Assembly (NCBI GenBank): GCA_014237915.1
Contig: JABACC010000006.1
Coordinates: 9,510 to 73,509 of the forward strand
Direction of reading: 5' to 3'
DNA length: 64,000 nt
Origin: Candidatus Paceibacter sp.
GTDB lineage: Bacteria > Patescibacteriota > Minisyncoccia > Phycocordibacterales > GCA-2747955
Numbering within the stretch: the first letter of the stretch is position 1; every line of letters begins with the position of its first letter. The notes beneath the pieces were generated by a model. The model worked only from the letters and a program-made list of their open reading frames with translations, had not been told where the DNA came from and did no database searches. A program made the translations under genes and the position numbers. Shown in pieces: positions 41,392 through 51,525 of this stretch.

Positions 41392-41817
41392 ATGAAAGTT
41401 GTATTACAAAAAGATATTAAAAAAATTGGTGTAAAAGGGCAAATATTGGAAGTTTCTGTTGGGTATGCAAATAATTTTCTTTTAAAAAATGGTTTGGCAA
41501 AAATTGCTCAAAAAAGTGATATTTTAAATGCGGAAAAAAATTTAGTTAAAAAAGAAAAAAAAGAAACTGATAATTTAGAAAATAATAAAAAAAGATTTTC
41601 TGTTTTAAATAAAAAAGAAATAACTCTAAAACAAAAAGCAAACGAAAAAGGGCACTTTTTTGAAAATATAACAGCAAAAAAAATTTCAGAAAATTCAGAT
41701 CTTGAAGAGAGTGAAATTTTCTTAGATAGTCCAATAAAAGAAGTTGGAGATTTTGAGATAAAAATAAAAATTGGAAAAAATAATGGAAAATTTTTTTTAA
41801 AAGCAGAAAATATTTAA
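41392..41817 (+). CDS. rplI: 50S ribosomal protein L9
   Basis: 'MKVVLQKDIKKIGVKGQILEVSVGYANNFLLKNGLAKIA' matches the L9 N-terminal domain. Confidence 0.8.
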   Translation: MKVVLQKDIKKIGVKGQILEVSVGYANNFLLKNGLAKIAQKSDILNAEKNLVKKEKKETDNLENNKKRFSVLNKKEITLKQKANEKGHFFENITAKKISENSDLEESEIFLDSPIKEVGDFEIKIKIGKNNGKFFLKAENI

Positions 41818-41827
41818 AAAATATTGT

Positions 41828-42073
41828 TTGCTTTTAAAAAATTTAATATATAATATATTTATGAAAAAATTTTTAATAATATTGTTTTTTGTTTTTGGTT
41901 TTGCTGGAATTTCTTTTGCAGCCTTAGATCTTTCTTGGATTGCAAACGGAAAAACAATTTCTTCTGCAAAATTAAAACAAAATTTAAACTACCTCTACGA
42001 CACAAAAGCTGATATTCCGCCGAGCTGTTCTAAAAAATTAGGATGGAGCGGAAGCAGCTGGACTTGTAAATAA
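41828..42073 (+). CDS. secreted protein, family member 3 (N-terminal module only, 81 aa)
   Basis: 'GKTISSAKLKQNLNYLYDTKADIPPSCSKKLGWSGSSWTCK*'. Same motif as 32274 and 33121. Ends right after the module. Confidence 0.5.
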   Translation: MLLKNLIYNIFMKKFLIILFFVFGFAGISFAALDLSWIANGKTISSAKLKQNLNYLYDTKADIPPSCSKKLGWSGSSWTCK

Positions 42074-42243
42074 AAATTATCCATATAATTAATTTTTAAA
42101 ATAATGGATAAGTTTGTAAAAGCACTAACCTACATAATATTTTTTTTATTATTAGTAATGTTTTTTAGTGGAAAAGATTTATTTTAATTATTTATTTAAT
42201 TGGTATAATTATTTGTATTATTAATTTAATATAATTTAATTTT

Positions 42244-42942
42244 ATGTATAAAAATAATATTGATTTAGTTAATGAGCCTTTATCACAAATTTCAGATTCT
42301 TTTATGATTTTGTGGGAAAGTATTGCAAACTATATTCCTACAATTTTTGTAGCAGTTATTGTTTTCATTATTGGGCTTATTGTAGCTGACGTTTTGTCAA
42401 AATTTATAGAAGAAATTTTAAGAAAAATAAAACTTGATGTTTTTCTAGAAAAAATTAATTTAAAAAGTTTTTTAGAAAAAACAGGGTACAGACTTAATTC
42501 TCCAGTTTTTTTCGGAAGGCTTGTAAAATGGTTTACGATTATTGTGTTTCTATTAGCGGTTTTAGACGTTTTAAATTTAGCAGAAATTAAAGTTTTTGTG
42601 TATGGAATAGGTTTTTATCTATTAAAAATTATAGTTGCTTTAATTATCTTAGTTATCGCAGCTTACATTGCAAGATTTGTAAAAAATATTTTATCAGCTC
42701 TTGCAAAAGCTTCAGATGTGAAAAATCACAAACTTATCGGGGATGCAGGAAAATGGATTGTTTATTTTTTAACTCTTGTTACAGTATTAAATCTGTTTGC
42801 TATCTTCGATATAATTCTAGGTTATCTTTCTATAATCATTACTGGAATTGTATTTGCTCTAGCCTTAGCTTTCGGATTATCTTTTGGTATGGGAGGTAAA
42901 GATTACGCAAGAAAAAAGATTGAAGAAAAGCTAGATAAATAA
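42244..42942 (+). CDS. membrane protein with repeated TM-helix units (MscS-like N-terminal 'conserved TM helix' repeats?)
   Basis: 232 aa, 5 to 6 TM. Weak resemblance only. Confidence 0.3.
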   Translation: MYKNNIDLVNEPLSQISDSFMILWESIANYIPTIFVAVIVFIIGLIVADVLSKFIEEILRKIKLDVFLEKINLKSFLEKTGYRLNSPVFFGRLVKWFTIIVFLLAVLDVLNLAEIKVFVYGIGFYLLKIIVALIILVIAAYIARFVKNILSALAKASDVKNHKLIGDAGKWIVYFLTLVTVLNLFAIFDIILGYLSIIITGIVFALALAFGLSFGMGGKDYARKKIEEKLDK

Positions 42943-43052
42943 AATAAAACTAAAAATTTTATTTTTTAAAAAACACCAAATTTTTAATGGTGTTTTTTAA
43001 TTAAATAAAAAATGTATAATAAATTGTATTATTAAAATTAAAAATTTAAAAA

Positions 43053-44159
43053 ATGGAAAATAAAAAAACATTAGTTACTGGTATCGTTATAATTTTAATT
43101 ATTGTTGTATATTTTTTTATGGGTGAAAATATCAACAATAAAGAAAATTTGGAAACAAGAGAAGATAATATTATAAAAATAGGAGTAGTTTCTCCACTAA
43201 CTGGAGATGTTGCTTTTTTTGGAGAAGGTCAAAAAAGAACCTTAGAGCTTGCAGTCAAAGATTTTATTGGTGAAAAATATCAATATGAAATAATTTTTGA
43301 AGATGATGCTTTAGATCCAAAAAAAGCTATCAACGCCGCACAAAAACTTATTCAAGTTGATAATGTAGATTTTCTAATTTCTTTATCTTCGGGAATTGGA
43401 AATGTTATTTCCCCTATAGCTGACACAAATAAAGTAATTCACTTTGCCATGGCCTCTGATAAAAATATTGCAAATGGAGATTTAAATTTTATCCACTGGA
43501 CTCCGCCAGAAGAAGAAGCTAGGGTTATGGTGGAAGAGTTAGAAAATGGAGGTTATGAAAAATTAGCTATTTTGGGCTTAAATCATCAAGGTTGGCTAGC
43601 AATTAACAACGAGCTTAAAGCAGGCTTAAATGAAGAAAAAATTGAAATTGTTTTTGAAGAAAAATTTAATCCGGGGACAAATGATTTTAAAACTCTTATC
43701 ACTAAAGCAAAAGAGACAAACCCAGATATTTATTTATTAGGAGCTTTTTCTCCAGAACTTGAAATTTTAGTTAACCAAATGAACGAGTTAGAGGTAAATA
43801 CAGAAATAACATCGATAGAGAGTTTTGCTGTTTCTGAAGAACTTTCACTCTTTGAGGGAAGCTGGTATGTAGACGCCGCAGTTCCAAATGAAGAATATTT
43901 AGAAAAATACAATAATACTTTTTCAGATAATTATGCATATGGGGGCCCAAATACTTATGATATTTACGGGTTAATTGTAAAAATTTCTGAAAAGATGGAA
44001 AAATTTAATAGAGAAAAATGGGCTAAAAATTTAGAAAAAGAGATTGTTTCTTATGATTCTGTTTTTGGTAATTTAACGATGAATGAAAAAGGAATTATTT
44101 CTTCAAAAGCTGCTGTAATGAAAATAGAAAACGGAAATCCTGTGGTGATAAAAAAATAA
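43053..44159 (+). CDS. ABC transporter periplasmic substrate-binding protein (Liv/amino-acid type, type I PBP fold)
   Basis: N-terminal anchor; 'IKIGVVSPLTGDVAFFGEGQKRTLELAVKD'. Confidence 0.65.
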   Translation: MENKKTLVTGIVIILIIVVYFFMGENINNKENLETREDNIIKIGVVSPLTGDVAFFGEGQKRTLELAVKDFIGEKYQYEIIFEDDALDPKKAINAAQKLIQVDNVDFLISLSSGIGNVISPIADTNKVIHFAMASDKNIANGDLNFIHWTPPEEEARVMVEELENGGYEKLAILGLNHQGWLAINNELKAGLNEEKIEIVFEEKFNPGTNDFKTLITKAKETNPDIYLLGAFSPELEILVNQMNELEVNTEITSIESFAVSEELSLFEGSWYVDAAVPNEEYLEKYNNTFSDNYAYGGPNTYDIYGLIVKISEKMEKFNREKWAKNLEKEIVSYDSVFGNLTMNEKGIISSKAAVMKIENGNPVVIKK

Positions 44160-44287
44160 ATTAAAAATATTTTCCACTCTATTTTTTTAAAAATTTGATA
44201 ACTTGTTAATTGACTTTGAGTTTTATTTTGCTAAAATGTTGCAATTAACTTTTTGAGTTTTACAAAAAAAGTAGAAATAAAATTATT

Positions 44288-44617
44288 ATGACAAGATCAA
44301 TTAAAAAAGGGCCATATGTTTACGAGAGACTTCTAAAAAAAATAGAAGGCAAAAAGCCTGAAGACATTAAACCTATAAAAACTTGGGCAAGAGCCAGTCA
44401 AATTCACCCCGATATGGTAGGTTTTACTTTTTTAGTACATAACGGAAAAGATTTTATTTCTGTTTTTGTAACAGAAGATATGGTAGGTCATAGGTTGGGA
44501 GAATTTTCTCATACAAAAACTTTCTATAGACACGGAGGTAAAATCCAAAAAGAATTAGATCAAAAAAAGAAAGAAACTGAAATAGCTGCAGCAAAGGCAG
44601 CAAAAGCAAATGCTTAA
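44288..44617 (+). CDS. rpsS: 30S ribosomal protein S19
   Basis: '[11 protein letters not shown]...[42 protein letters not shown]'. Confidence 0.9.
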   Translation: MTRSIKKGPYVYERLLKKIEGKKPEDIKPIKTWARASQIHPDMVGFTFLVHNGKDFISVFVTEDMVGHRLGEFSHTKTFYRHGGKIQKELDQKKKETEIAAAKAAKANA

Positions 44618-44631
44618 AATAAATTAAAATT

Positions 44632-45063
44632 ATGGAGGTAAAAGCACAAGTAAAAAATTTAAGATCAACGCCTAGAAAAACAAGGCTTGTTATTGATCTT
44701 GTTCGTGGAAAAAACTTAAAAAAAGCAATTTCTGAGTTAAAATTTGTTAATAAAAAAGCATCTTCTTTAGTTTCCTCTCTTTTAAATTCTGCAAAAGCAA
44801 ACGCTGAAAATAATTTTTCTCTTGATTCTGAAAAATTGTATATTAAAACAATTCAAGCAAACGAAGGAAAAAAAATGAAAAGATACAGAGCTGGATCAAA
44901 AGGTTCCGCAAGACCGATAAAAAGAAGACTTTCAGATATTTCTGTAGTTTTAGCTACAGAAGAAGAAATTAAATCAGAAGAAAAAAAAGTTAAGAAAGTT
45001 TCTAAAAAAGAAGTAGAAAAAACTTCTATTAAAAAAACAGAAACTAAAGAAGATAAAAAATAA
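44632..45063 (+). CDS. rplV: 50S ribosomal protein L22
   Basis: 'MEVKAQVKNLRSTPRKTRLVIDLVRGKNLKKAISELKF'. Basic C-terminal extension. Confidence 0.85.
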   Translation: MEVKAQVKNLRSTPRKTRLVIDLVRGKNLKKAISELKFVNKKASSLVSSLLNSAKANAENNFSLDSEKLYIKTIQANEGKKMKRYRAGSKGSARPIKRRLSDISVVLATEEEIKSEEKKVKKVSKKEVEKTSIKKTETKEDKK

Positions 45064-45065
45064 TT

Positions 45066-45737
45066 ATGACACACACAATAAACCCATATTCACATAGATT
45101 AGGAGTAATTAGAGATTGGAAATCTAAGTGGACTTTTTCTCCAAAAAATTATGCAAAGTATTTAAAAACAGATACTTTTGTTAGAGAATATTTAAATAAA
45201 GAGTTAAGAGGAAAGTATATTTCTTCAATAGATATTGCAAGAAATGGCGATGATAATTATAATATAAACATAAAAACAACAAGAACAGGAATGATTATCG
45301 GAAAAACAGGTGATGGAGTAGAAAAATTAATTTCGGGAATTAAAAAAACTTTAAAAAAAGCAAAAATTCATATTCCTAAAGAAATCAAAATAAATATTGA
45401 AGATGTACATTCAGCAGAATCTGATGCGGCGATTGTCGCTTACTCTGTTGTTGAAGGCCTTGAGAGAAAAATGCCGTTTAGAAGAGTTTTGAAAACTGCT
45501 ATTGAAAAATCAATGGCAAATAAAAATGTTAAAGGTATTAAAATTTTAGTTTCTGGAAGATTGGGCGGCTCAGATATGGCTAGAAAAGAAAGTATAAAAA
45601 AAGGAAGAATTCCACTACAAACTTTCAGAGCAGATATTGATTACAAAGCAGAAAGAGCAAATCTTCCTTATGGAGTAATCGGAGTTAAAGTTTGGATTTA
45701 CAGAGGAGAAATTTTTAACAATAAAAATAAAAAATAA
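45066..45737 (+). CDS. rpsC: 30S ribosomal protein S3
   Basis: KH domain; '[37 protein letters not shown]'. Confidence 0.9.
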   Translation: MTHTINPYSHRLGVIRDWKSKWTFSPKNYAKYLKTDTFVREYLNKELRGKYISSIDIARNGDDNYNINIKTTRTGMIIGKTGDGVEKLISGIKKTLKKAKIHIPKEIKINIEDVHSAESDAAIVAYSVVEGLERKMPFRRVLKTAIEKSMANKNVKGIKILVSGRLGGSDMARKESIKKGRIPLQTFRADIDYKAERANLPYGVIGVKVWIYRGEIFNNKNKK

Positions 45738-45745
45738 AAATTATT

Positions 45746-46165
45746 ATGTTGTTTCCTAAAAAAGTAAAATACAGAAAATGGCAAACTGCTCGAAAAAATC
45801 CTGAAAAAAGAGGTGTGGCTACTCGTGGAACAAAAATTTCCATGGGTGAATACGGACTTAAGGCAACAACTCAAGCCAGAGTTACTTCAGCTCAAATTGA
45901 AGCAGCCAGAAAAGCAATTAAAAGATATGCAGGAAAAACAAGTAAGGTTTGGATCAGAGTTTTTCCAGACAGACCAGTAACGAGAAAAGCTGCTGAAGTT
46001 GGAATGGGTAAAGGTAAAGGAGATCCAGATTTTTTTTGTTTTGATGTTGAGCCGGGAAGAATTTTATTTGAAGTCTCAGGAGTTTCAGAAGAGATTGCAA
46101 AAGAAGCTTTAAGAAAAGGAGGAACAAAAATGCCACTTAAAACAAGATTTTCTGTAAAAATTTAG
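45746..46165 (+). CDS. rplP: 50S ribosomal protein L16
   Basis: '[16 protein letters not shown]...[27 protein letters not shown]'. Confidence 0.9.
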   Translation: MLFPKKVKYRKWQTARKNPEKRGVATRGTKISMGEYGLKATTQARVTSAQIEAARKAIKRYAGKTSKVWIRVFPDRPVTRKAAEVGMGKGKGDPDFFCFDVEPGRILFEVSGVSEEIAKEALRKGGTKMPLKTRFSVKI

Positions 46166-46225
46166 AAAATATTTTTTAAAAATATTTGTAATAAGACTTA
46201 AAAAATAGTATCATATTAAATCAAA

Positions 46226-46435
46226 ATGAAAAAAGAAGACTTTTCAAAAAATAAAAAAGAAGACTTGGTAAAACAAGCGTCAGATCTTAAAAAAAATTTA
46301 AGAGAAAATAATTTTGATTTATCTGGATCAAAAGAAACTGATAAAAATTTTGCATCAAAAACAAGAAAAAAAATCGCTAGAATTTTAACAGAGCTTAACA
46401 TGAGAGCAAAAAAAGAAAAAGAAACTAAAAAATAA
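46226..46435 (+). CDS. rpmC: 50S ribosomal protein L29
   Basis: Position in operon; '...LKKNLRENNFDLSGSKETDKNFASKTRKKIARILTELNMR'. Confidence 0.7.
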   Translation: MKKEDFSKNKKEDLVKQASDLKKNLRENNFDLSGSKETDKNFASKTRKKIARILTELNMRAKKEKETKK

Positions 46436-46437
46436 AA

Positions 46438-46689
46438 ATGGAAAAAAAGGAAAAACAAAAAAATATAAAAAAATTAAAAGGTATTGTTGTTTCAGACAAA
46501 ATGAAAGATACTGCTGTTGTTTTAGTTTCCAGATATGTTAAAAATTCTAAATATCAAAAATTTCAAAAAACTTCAAAAAAGTTTAAAGCTCACGATAAAG
46601 GAAATACAGCAAAAGTAGGAGATGAAGTTTTTTTAACAGAAACTAAACCAATTTCTAAAACTAAAAAATTTAAATTAATTACTGCTTAA
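46438..46689 (+). CDS. rpsQ: 30S ribosomal protein S17
   Basis: 'KGIVVSDKMKDTAVVLVSRYVKNSKYQKFQKTSKKFKAHD...GDEV'. Confidence 0.85.
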   Translation: MEKKEKQKNIKKLKGIVVSDKMKDTAVVLVSRYVKNSKYQKFQKTSKKFKAHDKGNTAKVGDEVFLTETKPISKTKKFKLITA

Positions 46690-46711
46690 AATTTTCCATT
46701 AAAAAAATATT

Positions 46712-47083
46712 ATGATTCAGCCACAAACAATAGTTAAAGTAACAGATAATTCAGGAGCTATAACAGCTAGAGTTTTTAAAGTTCTTGGAGGTTCAAAGAG
46801 AAGATATGCAAGAATTGGTGATCTTGTTGTTATGGCGGTTCAAACAGCACAACCAAGAAAACAAGTTAAGAAAAAAGACGTTGTGCGAGGAATAGTTGTT
46901 AGACAAAAAAAACCATTCAGAAGAGCAGACGGATCTTATATTTATTTTGATGAAAACTCTGTAGTAGTAGTTGAAAAAGAAAAAAAAGAACCTGTAGCTG
47001 GTAGAATTTTTGGGCCAATCCCAAGAGAGGTTGGAGAAGCTGGTTATCAAAAAATCGCCTCATTAGCACCAGAAGTTGTTTAA
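46712..47083 (+). CDS. rplN: 50S ribosomal protein L14
   Basis: 'MIQPQTIVKVTDNSGAITARVFKVLGGSKRRYARIGDLVVMAV'. Confidence 0.9.
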   Translation: MIQPQTIVKVTDNSGAITARVFKVLGGSKRRYARIGDLVVMAVQTAQPRKQVKKKDVVRGIVVRQKKPFRRADGSYIYFDENSVVVVEKEKKEPVAGRIFGPIPREVGEAGYQKIASLAPEVV

Positions 47084-47089
47084 AATATT

Positions 47090-47395
47090 ATGAAATTAAA
47101 AAAAGGAGACAATATAATAGTTCTTGCAGGAAAAGACAAAGGAAAAAAAGGACAAATAATTAAAATTTTACCAAAAGAAAATAAGGCTGTTGTTGATGGT
47201 GTAAATATTTCAAAAAAACACAAAAAAGGTTTTGGTGAAAACAAAGGAGAAGTTTTAGAAATAGCAATGCCGATAGATATTTCGAATCTTTCTTTTTTTG
47301 ATGAAGATAAAAAAAGTCCAAGTAGAATCGGATATAAAACAGAAGGAGAAAAAAAAGTTAGAATTTCTAAAAAATCTGCAAAAGTTTTAAAATAA
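47090..47395 (+). CDS. rplX: 50S ribosomal protein L24
   Basis: KOW motif 'MKLKKGDNIIVLAGKDKGKKGQIIKI'. Confidence 0.85.
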   Translation: MKLKKGDNIIVLAGKDKGKKGQIIKILPKENKAVVDGVNISKKHKKGFGENKGEVLEIAMPIDISNLSFFDEDKKSPSRIGYKTEGEKKVRISKKSAKVLK

Positions 47396-47402
47396 AAATA
47401 TT

Positions 47403-47951
47403 ATGGAAAGAGTTAGAGAAAAAGAAAAAAAAGCATTTGAAAAATTAAAAGAAGTTTTTTCTTACAAAAACAAAATGCAATCTCCAAAAATAGAAAAAAT
47501 TGTTGTTTCTGTGGGGGTGGGAAAAATAAGAGCTGAAAAAGAAAAAATGCAAATAATCGAAGATAGGCTTGCAAAAATCACAGGTCAAAAACCAGCTGTT
47601 GTTCCTGCTAAAAAATCAGTTGCTACTTTTAAAGTAAGAGAAGGCGACACCTCAGGATATAAAGTTACTTTAAGAGGCCCAAATATGTATGCTTTTTTAG
47701 ATAAATTTTTAGTAGCTTCTCTCCCAAGAACAAAAGATTTTAGAGGAATAAATACAAGCGCTGTTGACGAAATGGGAAATTTAACAATCGGAATTCCAGA
47801 ACACATAATTTTTCCAGAAACCACAGACGAAGAGCTTAGAAATGTTTTCGGACTTTCCGTTTGCATAGTTTCATCTGCAAAAAATAAAAAAGAGGCACAT
47901 GAATTTTTTAAATTTATTGGAATTCCATTTAAAAAAGAAAAAAAAGATTAA
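47403..47951 (+). CDS. rplE: 50S ribosomal protein L5
   Basis: '[12 protein letters not shown]...[24 protein letters not shown]...[18 protein letters not shown]'. Confidence 0.9.
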   Translation: MERVREKEKKAFEKLKEVFSYKNKMQSPKIEKIVVSVGVGKIRAEKEKMQIIEDRLAKITGQKPAVVPAKKSVATFKVREGDTSGYKVTLRGPNMYAFLDKFLVASLPRTKDFRGINTSAVDEMGNLTIGIPEHIIFPETTDEELRNVFGLSVCIVSSAKNKKEAHEFFKFIGIPFKKEKKD

Positions 47952-47971
47952 AATTTTATTTAATAAAAAAT

Positions 47972-48184
47972 ATGAAAAAAGAAATTCACCCAAAATTTAA
48001 TAAAAACACAAAAACAATTTGCTCTTGCGGAGAAGTTTATGAAGTTGGATCCACTTTAGAAAACGAAGTTAAAATAGAAGTTTGCCCTGCTTGCCACCCT
48101 TTTTATACTGGAAATAATAAAGTTTTAGATACAGCTGGAAGAGTAGATAAATTTAAAAAAAGAGTTCAAGCTTCAAAAAAATAA
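47972..48184 (+). CDS. rpmE: 50S ribosomal protein L31, sitting where S14 normally follows L5
   Basis: 'MKKEIHPKF...[48 protein letters not shown]' matches L31 (MKKDIHPKY...CSCGN...CSKCHPFFTGKQ...GGRVDRFNKRF). Followed by the terminator 48214..48240. Confidence 0.8.
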   Translation: MKKEIHPKFNKNTKTICSCGEVYEVGSTLENEVKIEVCPACHPFYTGNNKVLDTAGRVDKFKKRVQASKK

Positions 48185-48253
48185 TTTTTATAATAAAAAT
48201 TTAAAAATAATAAAACCGATATTTAAAATATCGGTTTTTGTTTTTTGTTTGGT

Positions 48254-48466
48254 TTAAGTTGATAGTTCATAAGCCGCAGCTAGGATAATCGCAGCAACCA
48301 TAATTTCCCAGAAACATAAATTAATTTCACCAAAGCGTGTTTTTTTAAATAACAGTTTTTGTATTAAACACAATAAAGCGTAACCAATTATAAACAAAGT
48401 TAAATACTCGGTGAATGATAATGAGCTCAAAATAGTCTTTTTTTTTCCTTTTTTAATTTTTTCCAA
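48254..48466 (-). CDS. small membrane protein (hypothetical)
   Basis: 70 aa, two hydrophobic segments. Confidence 0.35.
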   Translation of the reverse strand: MEKIKKGKKKTILSSLSFTEYLTLFIIGYALLCLIQKLLFKKTRFGEINLCFWEIMVAAIILAAAYELST

Positions 48467-48523
48467 TCTAAATAAATTATATATTAAAAATTTTTTTTAT
48501 CAAGAGTTATTTTTAAATAAAAA

Positions 48524-48557
48524 AGCGATGATTTGTGGATTAACCAAAATCATCGCT
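48524..48557. terminator. hairpin agcgatgatttgtggattaaccaaaatcatcgct (family copy 1 of 3)
   Basis: Near-identical copies at 49017..49050 and 55679..55712. Each lies just 3' of a minus-strand small membrane-protein gene. Confidence 0.7.
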
Positions 48558-48576
48558 TTTGAGAAATACTTTTTCT

Positions 48577-48918
48577 TCAAAGTAAAACTAAACACAGAGA
48601 ATAAATGTTTGCAATTAGCCACATTGAAGAATTTATCCAGCAAAACCTTAAGTCTAGAAAACTAGGTTTCTTCTCGCCATCGCTGAAGTATGCTGAGTTC
48701 ATGAGAAGAGTTGATATGGCAAAAAGTAACAAAAATAAAAACAGGAAAATTGCCATAGCTGGACCTGAGCCTAACATGCTTAATAAAAACAACATTAGGC
48801 AAATTGATAACACAAATAACCCAACCCTCCTAAAGTGGGGTGGAAAAACTTTAGAAATAAAGCCATCTATTTTTTCAAGGCAAGTATCAGCACCTTTATA
48901 TATTGTATAATCGTTCAT
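48577..48918 (-). CDS. small membrane protein (hypothetical), preceded by the conserved leader 'atgaacattccccaaccaaaa'
   Basis: 113 aa, 2 to 3 TM. Its upstream region (48919..48975) shares the motif with 55911..55965. Confidence 0.4.
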   Translation of the reverse strand: MNDYTIYKGADTCLEKIDGFISKVFPPHFRRVGLFVLSICLMLFLLSMLGSGPAMAIFLFLFLLLFAISTLLMNSAYFSDGEKKPSFLDLRFCWINSSMWLIANIYSLCLVLL

Positions 48919-49016
48919 TTTAATTCTCCTTTTTTATGAACATTCCCCAACCAAAATACATTGTATAGAAAAAAAAAAAATGTCAAGTTTTGTTTAAAAA
49001 AAACTTAAATAAAAAA

Positions 49017-49050
49017 GCGATGATTTGTGGATTAACCAAAATCATCGCTT
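49017..49050. terminator. hairpin family copy 2
   Basis: See 48524..48557. Confidence 0.7.
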
Positions 49051-49069
49051 TTGAAAAATATTTTTTTCC

Positions 49070-49384
49070 TTAAGTGAAATTAAGGAAAACAGCAGAAAAA
49101 AACAATGTTGTATAAAATAACGTTGTAATCAGTAAAATCCGGTAAAGAATTAAATCCTTTTTAACCTGCATTTTTTTTACGCTTAATCTCTTAGAAAAAT
49201 AGATGTGACCAAGAGAAGAAGGAACCCACAAGGATATGACTATGGCTAGACATAGGACTAACGGCAGATTCTCTATATTTGAAGTGTAAATGCCTAGTAA
49301 TAGGCTATATGCTACCCACCCCATGAAACATAATATGGAACATAAGAAGGACCATACAATAAGCTTAAGAGGTAAATTGAACAA
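49070..49384 (-). CDS. small membrane protein (hypothetical)
   Basis: 104 aa, 3 TM. Confidence 0.4.
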   Translation of the reverse strand: MFNLPLKLIVWSFLCSILCFMGWVAYSLLLGIYTSNIENLPLVLCLAIVISLWVPSSLGHIYFSKRLSVKKMQVKKDLILYRILLITTLFYTTLFFSAVFLNFT

Positions 49385-49552
49385 TATGGTAAGTAAATGC
49401 CATGCTTGTACATAAAAATTAAATTCTTTTCCTGTGTTTATTTTAGCACTCCTGTTTTTTGTTGTTAATGAACGTTTAGTAACTAAAATACATTATATAG
49501 AAAAAAAAAAATGTCATGTTTTTATTATTTATTTTCCTGATATAATAAAAAA

Positions 49553-50179
49553 ATGAAAAAATTAAAAAATTGGATTTGTTTTGAAGGAATTGACGGATCG
49601 GGAAAAACCTCACAGGTAGAAAAATTAAAAAAATATTTAGAAGAAAATGGTAAAAAAGTGGAAGTTTACCGAAGCCCAGGAACAACAAAATTTGGAGAAA
49701 AAGTAAGAGAAATTTTTAAAAATCCAGATTTAGAAATTTCTCCAGAGGCAAGATTTTATTTAATTTGCTCAGACAGAAATCAGCTTTTGGAAGAAAAGAT
49801 TTTAAAACATTTAAATTCAGGAGGAATTGTTATTTCCGACAGATGGCTTTATTCAACAATCGCATACCAAGGTTTTGGACAAAATTTTTCAGTAGAGAAA
49901 ATTTTAAAAACTCACGAAGAAGGAATTCTTTCAAACATTCCAGAAAAAACTTTTTATTTAGAAGTGCCTTTAGAAATTTCTAAAAAAAGAAGTTTCGAAA
50001 GAAACGAAGGGAAAAAAGATTTTTTTGATTTTAAAGAAGATGATTTTTTTAAAAATTTAATTAAAGGATATGATTTTTGTTTTGAGAAATTTCCAGAAGA
50101 ATTTATAAAAATAGATGGAACAAAAAATATTGATGAGGTTTTTGAAGAAATAAAAAAGAATTTAAGTTTTGTTAAATAG
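49553..50179 (+). CDS. tmk: Thymidylate kinase
   Basis: P-loop 'FEGIDGSGKTSQ'. 'DRWLYSTIAYQG'. LID region. Confidence 0.85.
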   Translation: MKKLKNWICFEGIDGSGKTSQVEKLKKYLEENGKKVEVYRSPGTTKFGEKVREIFKNPDLEISPEARFYLICSDRNQLLEEKILKHLNSGGIVISDRWLYSTIAYQGFGQNFSVEKILKTHEEGILSNIPEKTFYLEVPLEISKKRSFERNEGKKDFFDFKEDDFFKNLIKGYDFCFEKFPEEFIKIDGTKNIDEVFEEIKKNLSFVK

Positions 50180-50525
50180 ATTAATTGATTGTTGTAAATG
50201 TTATTTAAGATATAAAAAATTTTCAATAAAAAATATTTTTTTTAACTTATCTTTATCTTTATTTTTTTATACTCTTTTAAAATATTCTTTATAGAAGGGT
50301 CAAGTTTTATTTTTTTGATACTTAAATTGTCAAACCATTTTAACTCGGGCAACCAATTTTCTTTTTTATTATTTAAATTAAAGCTACTTTTTTGATAAAA
50401 AACATAAATCATTCTAGAGACGACATTTTGTTCACTACTGTAATAAATTTTTATATGTGAAATACCAATATGTCTTAGCTTGGTTGCAATATGTGTTTTT
50501 TCAAAAAGTTCTCTTTTTGCGGATT

Positions 50526-50885
50526 CTAAGATTTTTTCATTTTCATGTAATTTTCCAGTAGGAAAACTCCATGTTCCGATAAAGGGTTGCCTCCTTTTTT
50601 AAATAGAAGTAATTCGTTGTCTAAATTTTCTAGAACAATAAGGGTCGTTATAAGGGGCTGTTCTCTATAAAAAATACCTTTAAAACTAATTTTTTGAGAA
50701 AGATTCTTACCTTTAGATGTTAGAGTATATCTTTTATTTTTTTTAGTAATTATTTTCTCATCTAATAGTTTTATTAGATGATACGAAAATAAATTACTTT
50801 CTATGTTTTTTGGTTTAAGTTGAGAATAATTTTGAAAATCATTTAATATTAATTTTTTTAAGATTAGCTCTTTAATTTTATGCAT
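50526..50885 (-). CDS. hypothetical protein with a putative N-terminal winged-helix domain
   Basis: 119 aa. Weak HTH-like N-terminus only. The region downstream on the minus strand (50242..50525) is open in another frame but gave no convincing domain. Confidence 0.25.
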   Translation of the reverse strand: MHKIKELILKKLILNDFQNYSQLKPKNIESNLFSYHLIKLLDEKIITKKNKRYTLTSKGKNLSQKISFKGIFYREQPLITTLIVLENLDNELLLFKKGGNPLSEHGVFLLENYMKMKKS

Positions 50886-51006
50886 TGTTTAATAATATCA
50901 AAATATTATTTTTTTAATAGATTTTAATCAATTTTTTTTGACTATATTTTTATTTTGAAAAAAATTAATATTAGAATGTTCTAATTTTTAATTTGGAGTT
51001 AATATC

Positions 51007-51507
51007 ATGGCTATAGAAATAGAAAGAAAATGGGTTGTAAAAAAACCTGAAATCGAGACTTTAAATTTTAAGGACATTTGGAGAATTGTGCAGACTTATT
51101 TACCAAACCAAGATGGATTTACCCAAAGAGTAAGATCACAAGAAAATCTTTTTGGTGAAATTTCGTTCTTTCATAATCTAAAAAAGTTTTTAGATCTGGG
51201 ACGTAACGAGGAAATTGAAAAAAAAATATCGAAAGAAGAATACCATTCGTTCTTAGAAAAATCTGTTAAGAAAAAAGCAATAATAAAGAAAAACAGGATT
51301 TTTTTTGAGCATGAAGGAAATATTTTTGAATTGGATATTTTTCTCAATATTCAAGTCTTGAAGGGTTTTGCAATCTTAGAATTGGAACTCCCTAGTCTTG
51401 ATACAGAGTTTGAACTACCAAGAAGTCTTGAAATAATCAAAGAAGTTACTGAAGATAAGAAATTTTCAAATTCTTCAATATCGAGAGGTGAACTTACATT
51501 AATTTAG
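51007..51507 (+). CDS. CYTH-domain protein (triphosphate tunnel metalloenzyme / CyaB-like)
   Basis: N-terminal 'IEIERKWVV', the EIERKFLV signature of CYTH domains. 166 aa. Confidence 0.55.
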   Translation: MAIEIERKWVVKKPEIETLNFKDIWRIVQTYLPNQDGFTQRVRSQENLFGEISFFHNLKKFLDLGRNEEIEKKISKEEYHSFLEKSVKKKAIIKKNRIFFEHEGNIFELDIFLNIQVLKGFAILELELPSLDTEFELPRSLEIIKEVTEDKKFSNSSISRGELTLI

Positions 51508-51525
51508 AACAACTTCTTAAGGGCA

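Noticed and set aside
47972-48184. Ribosomal protein S14 (expected after L5)
   Set aside because: The sequence matches L31 (MKKxIHPKx...CSCG...C..CHPF(Y/F)TG), not S14.
50242-50885. Frameshifted HTH-Nudix fusion on the minus strand
   Set aside because: An apparent 'AKRELFEKTHI' Nudix-box fragment in the downstream frame cannot be joined to a G-x5-E-x7 segment with correct spacing. Only the 119-aa ORF is kept.
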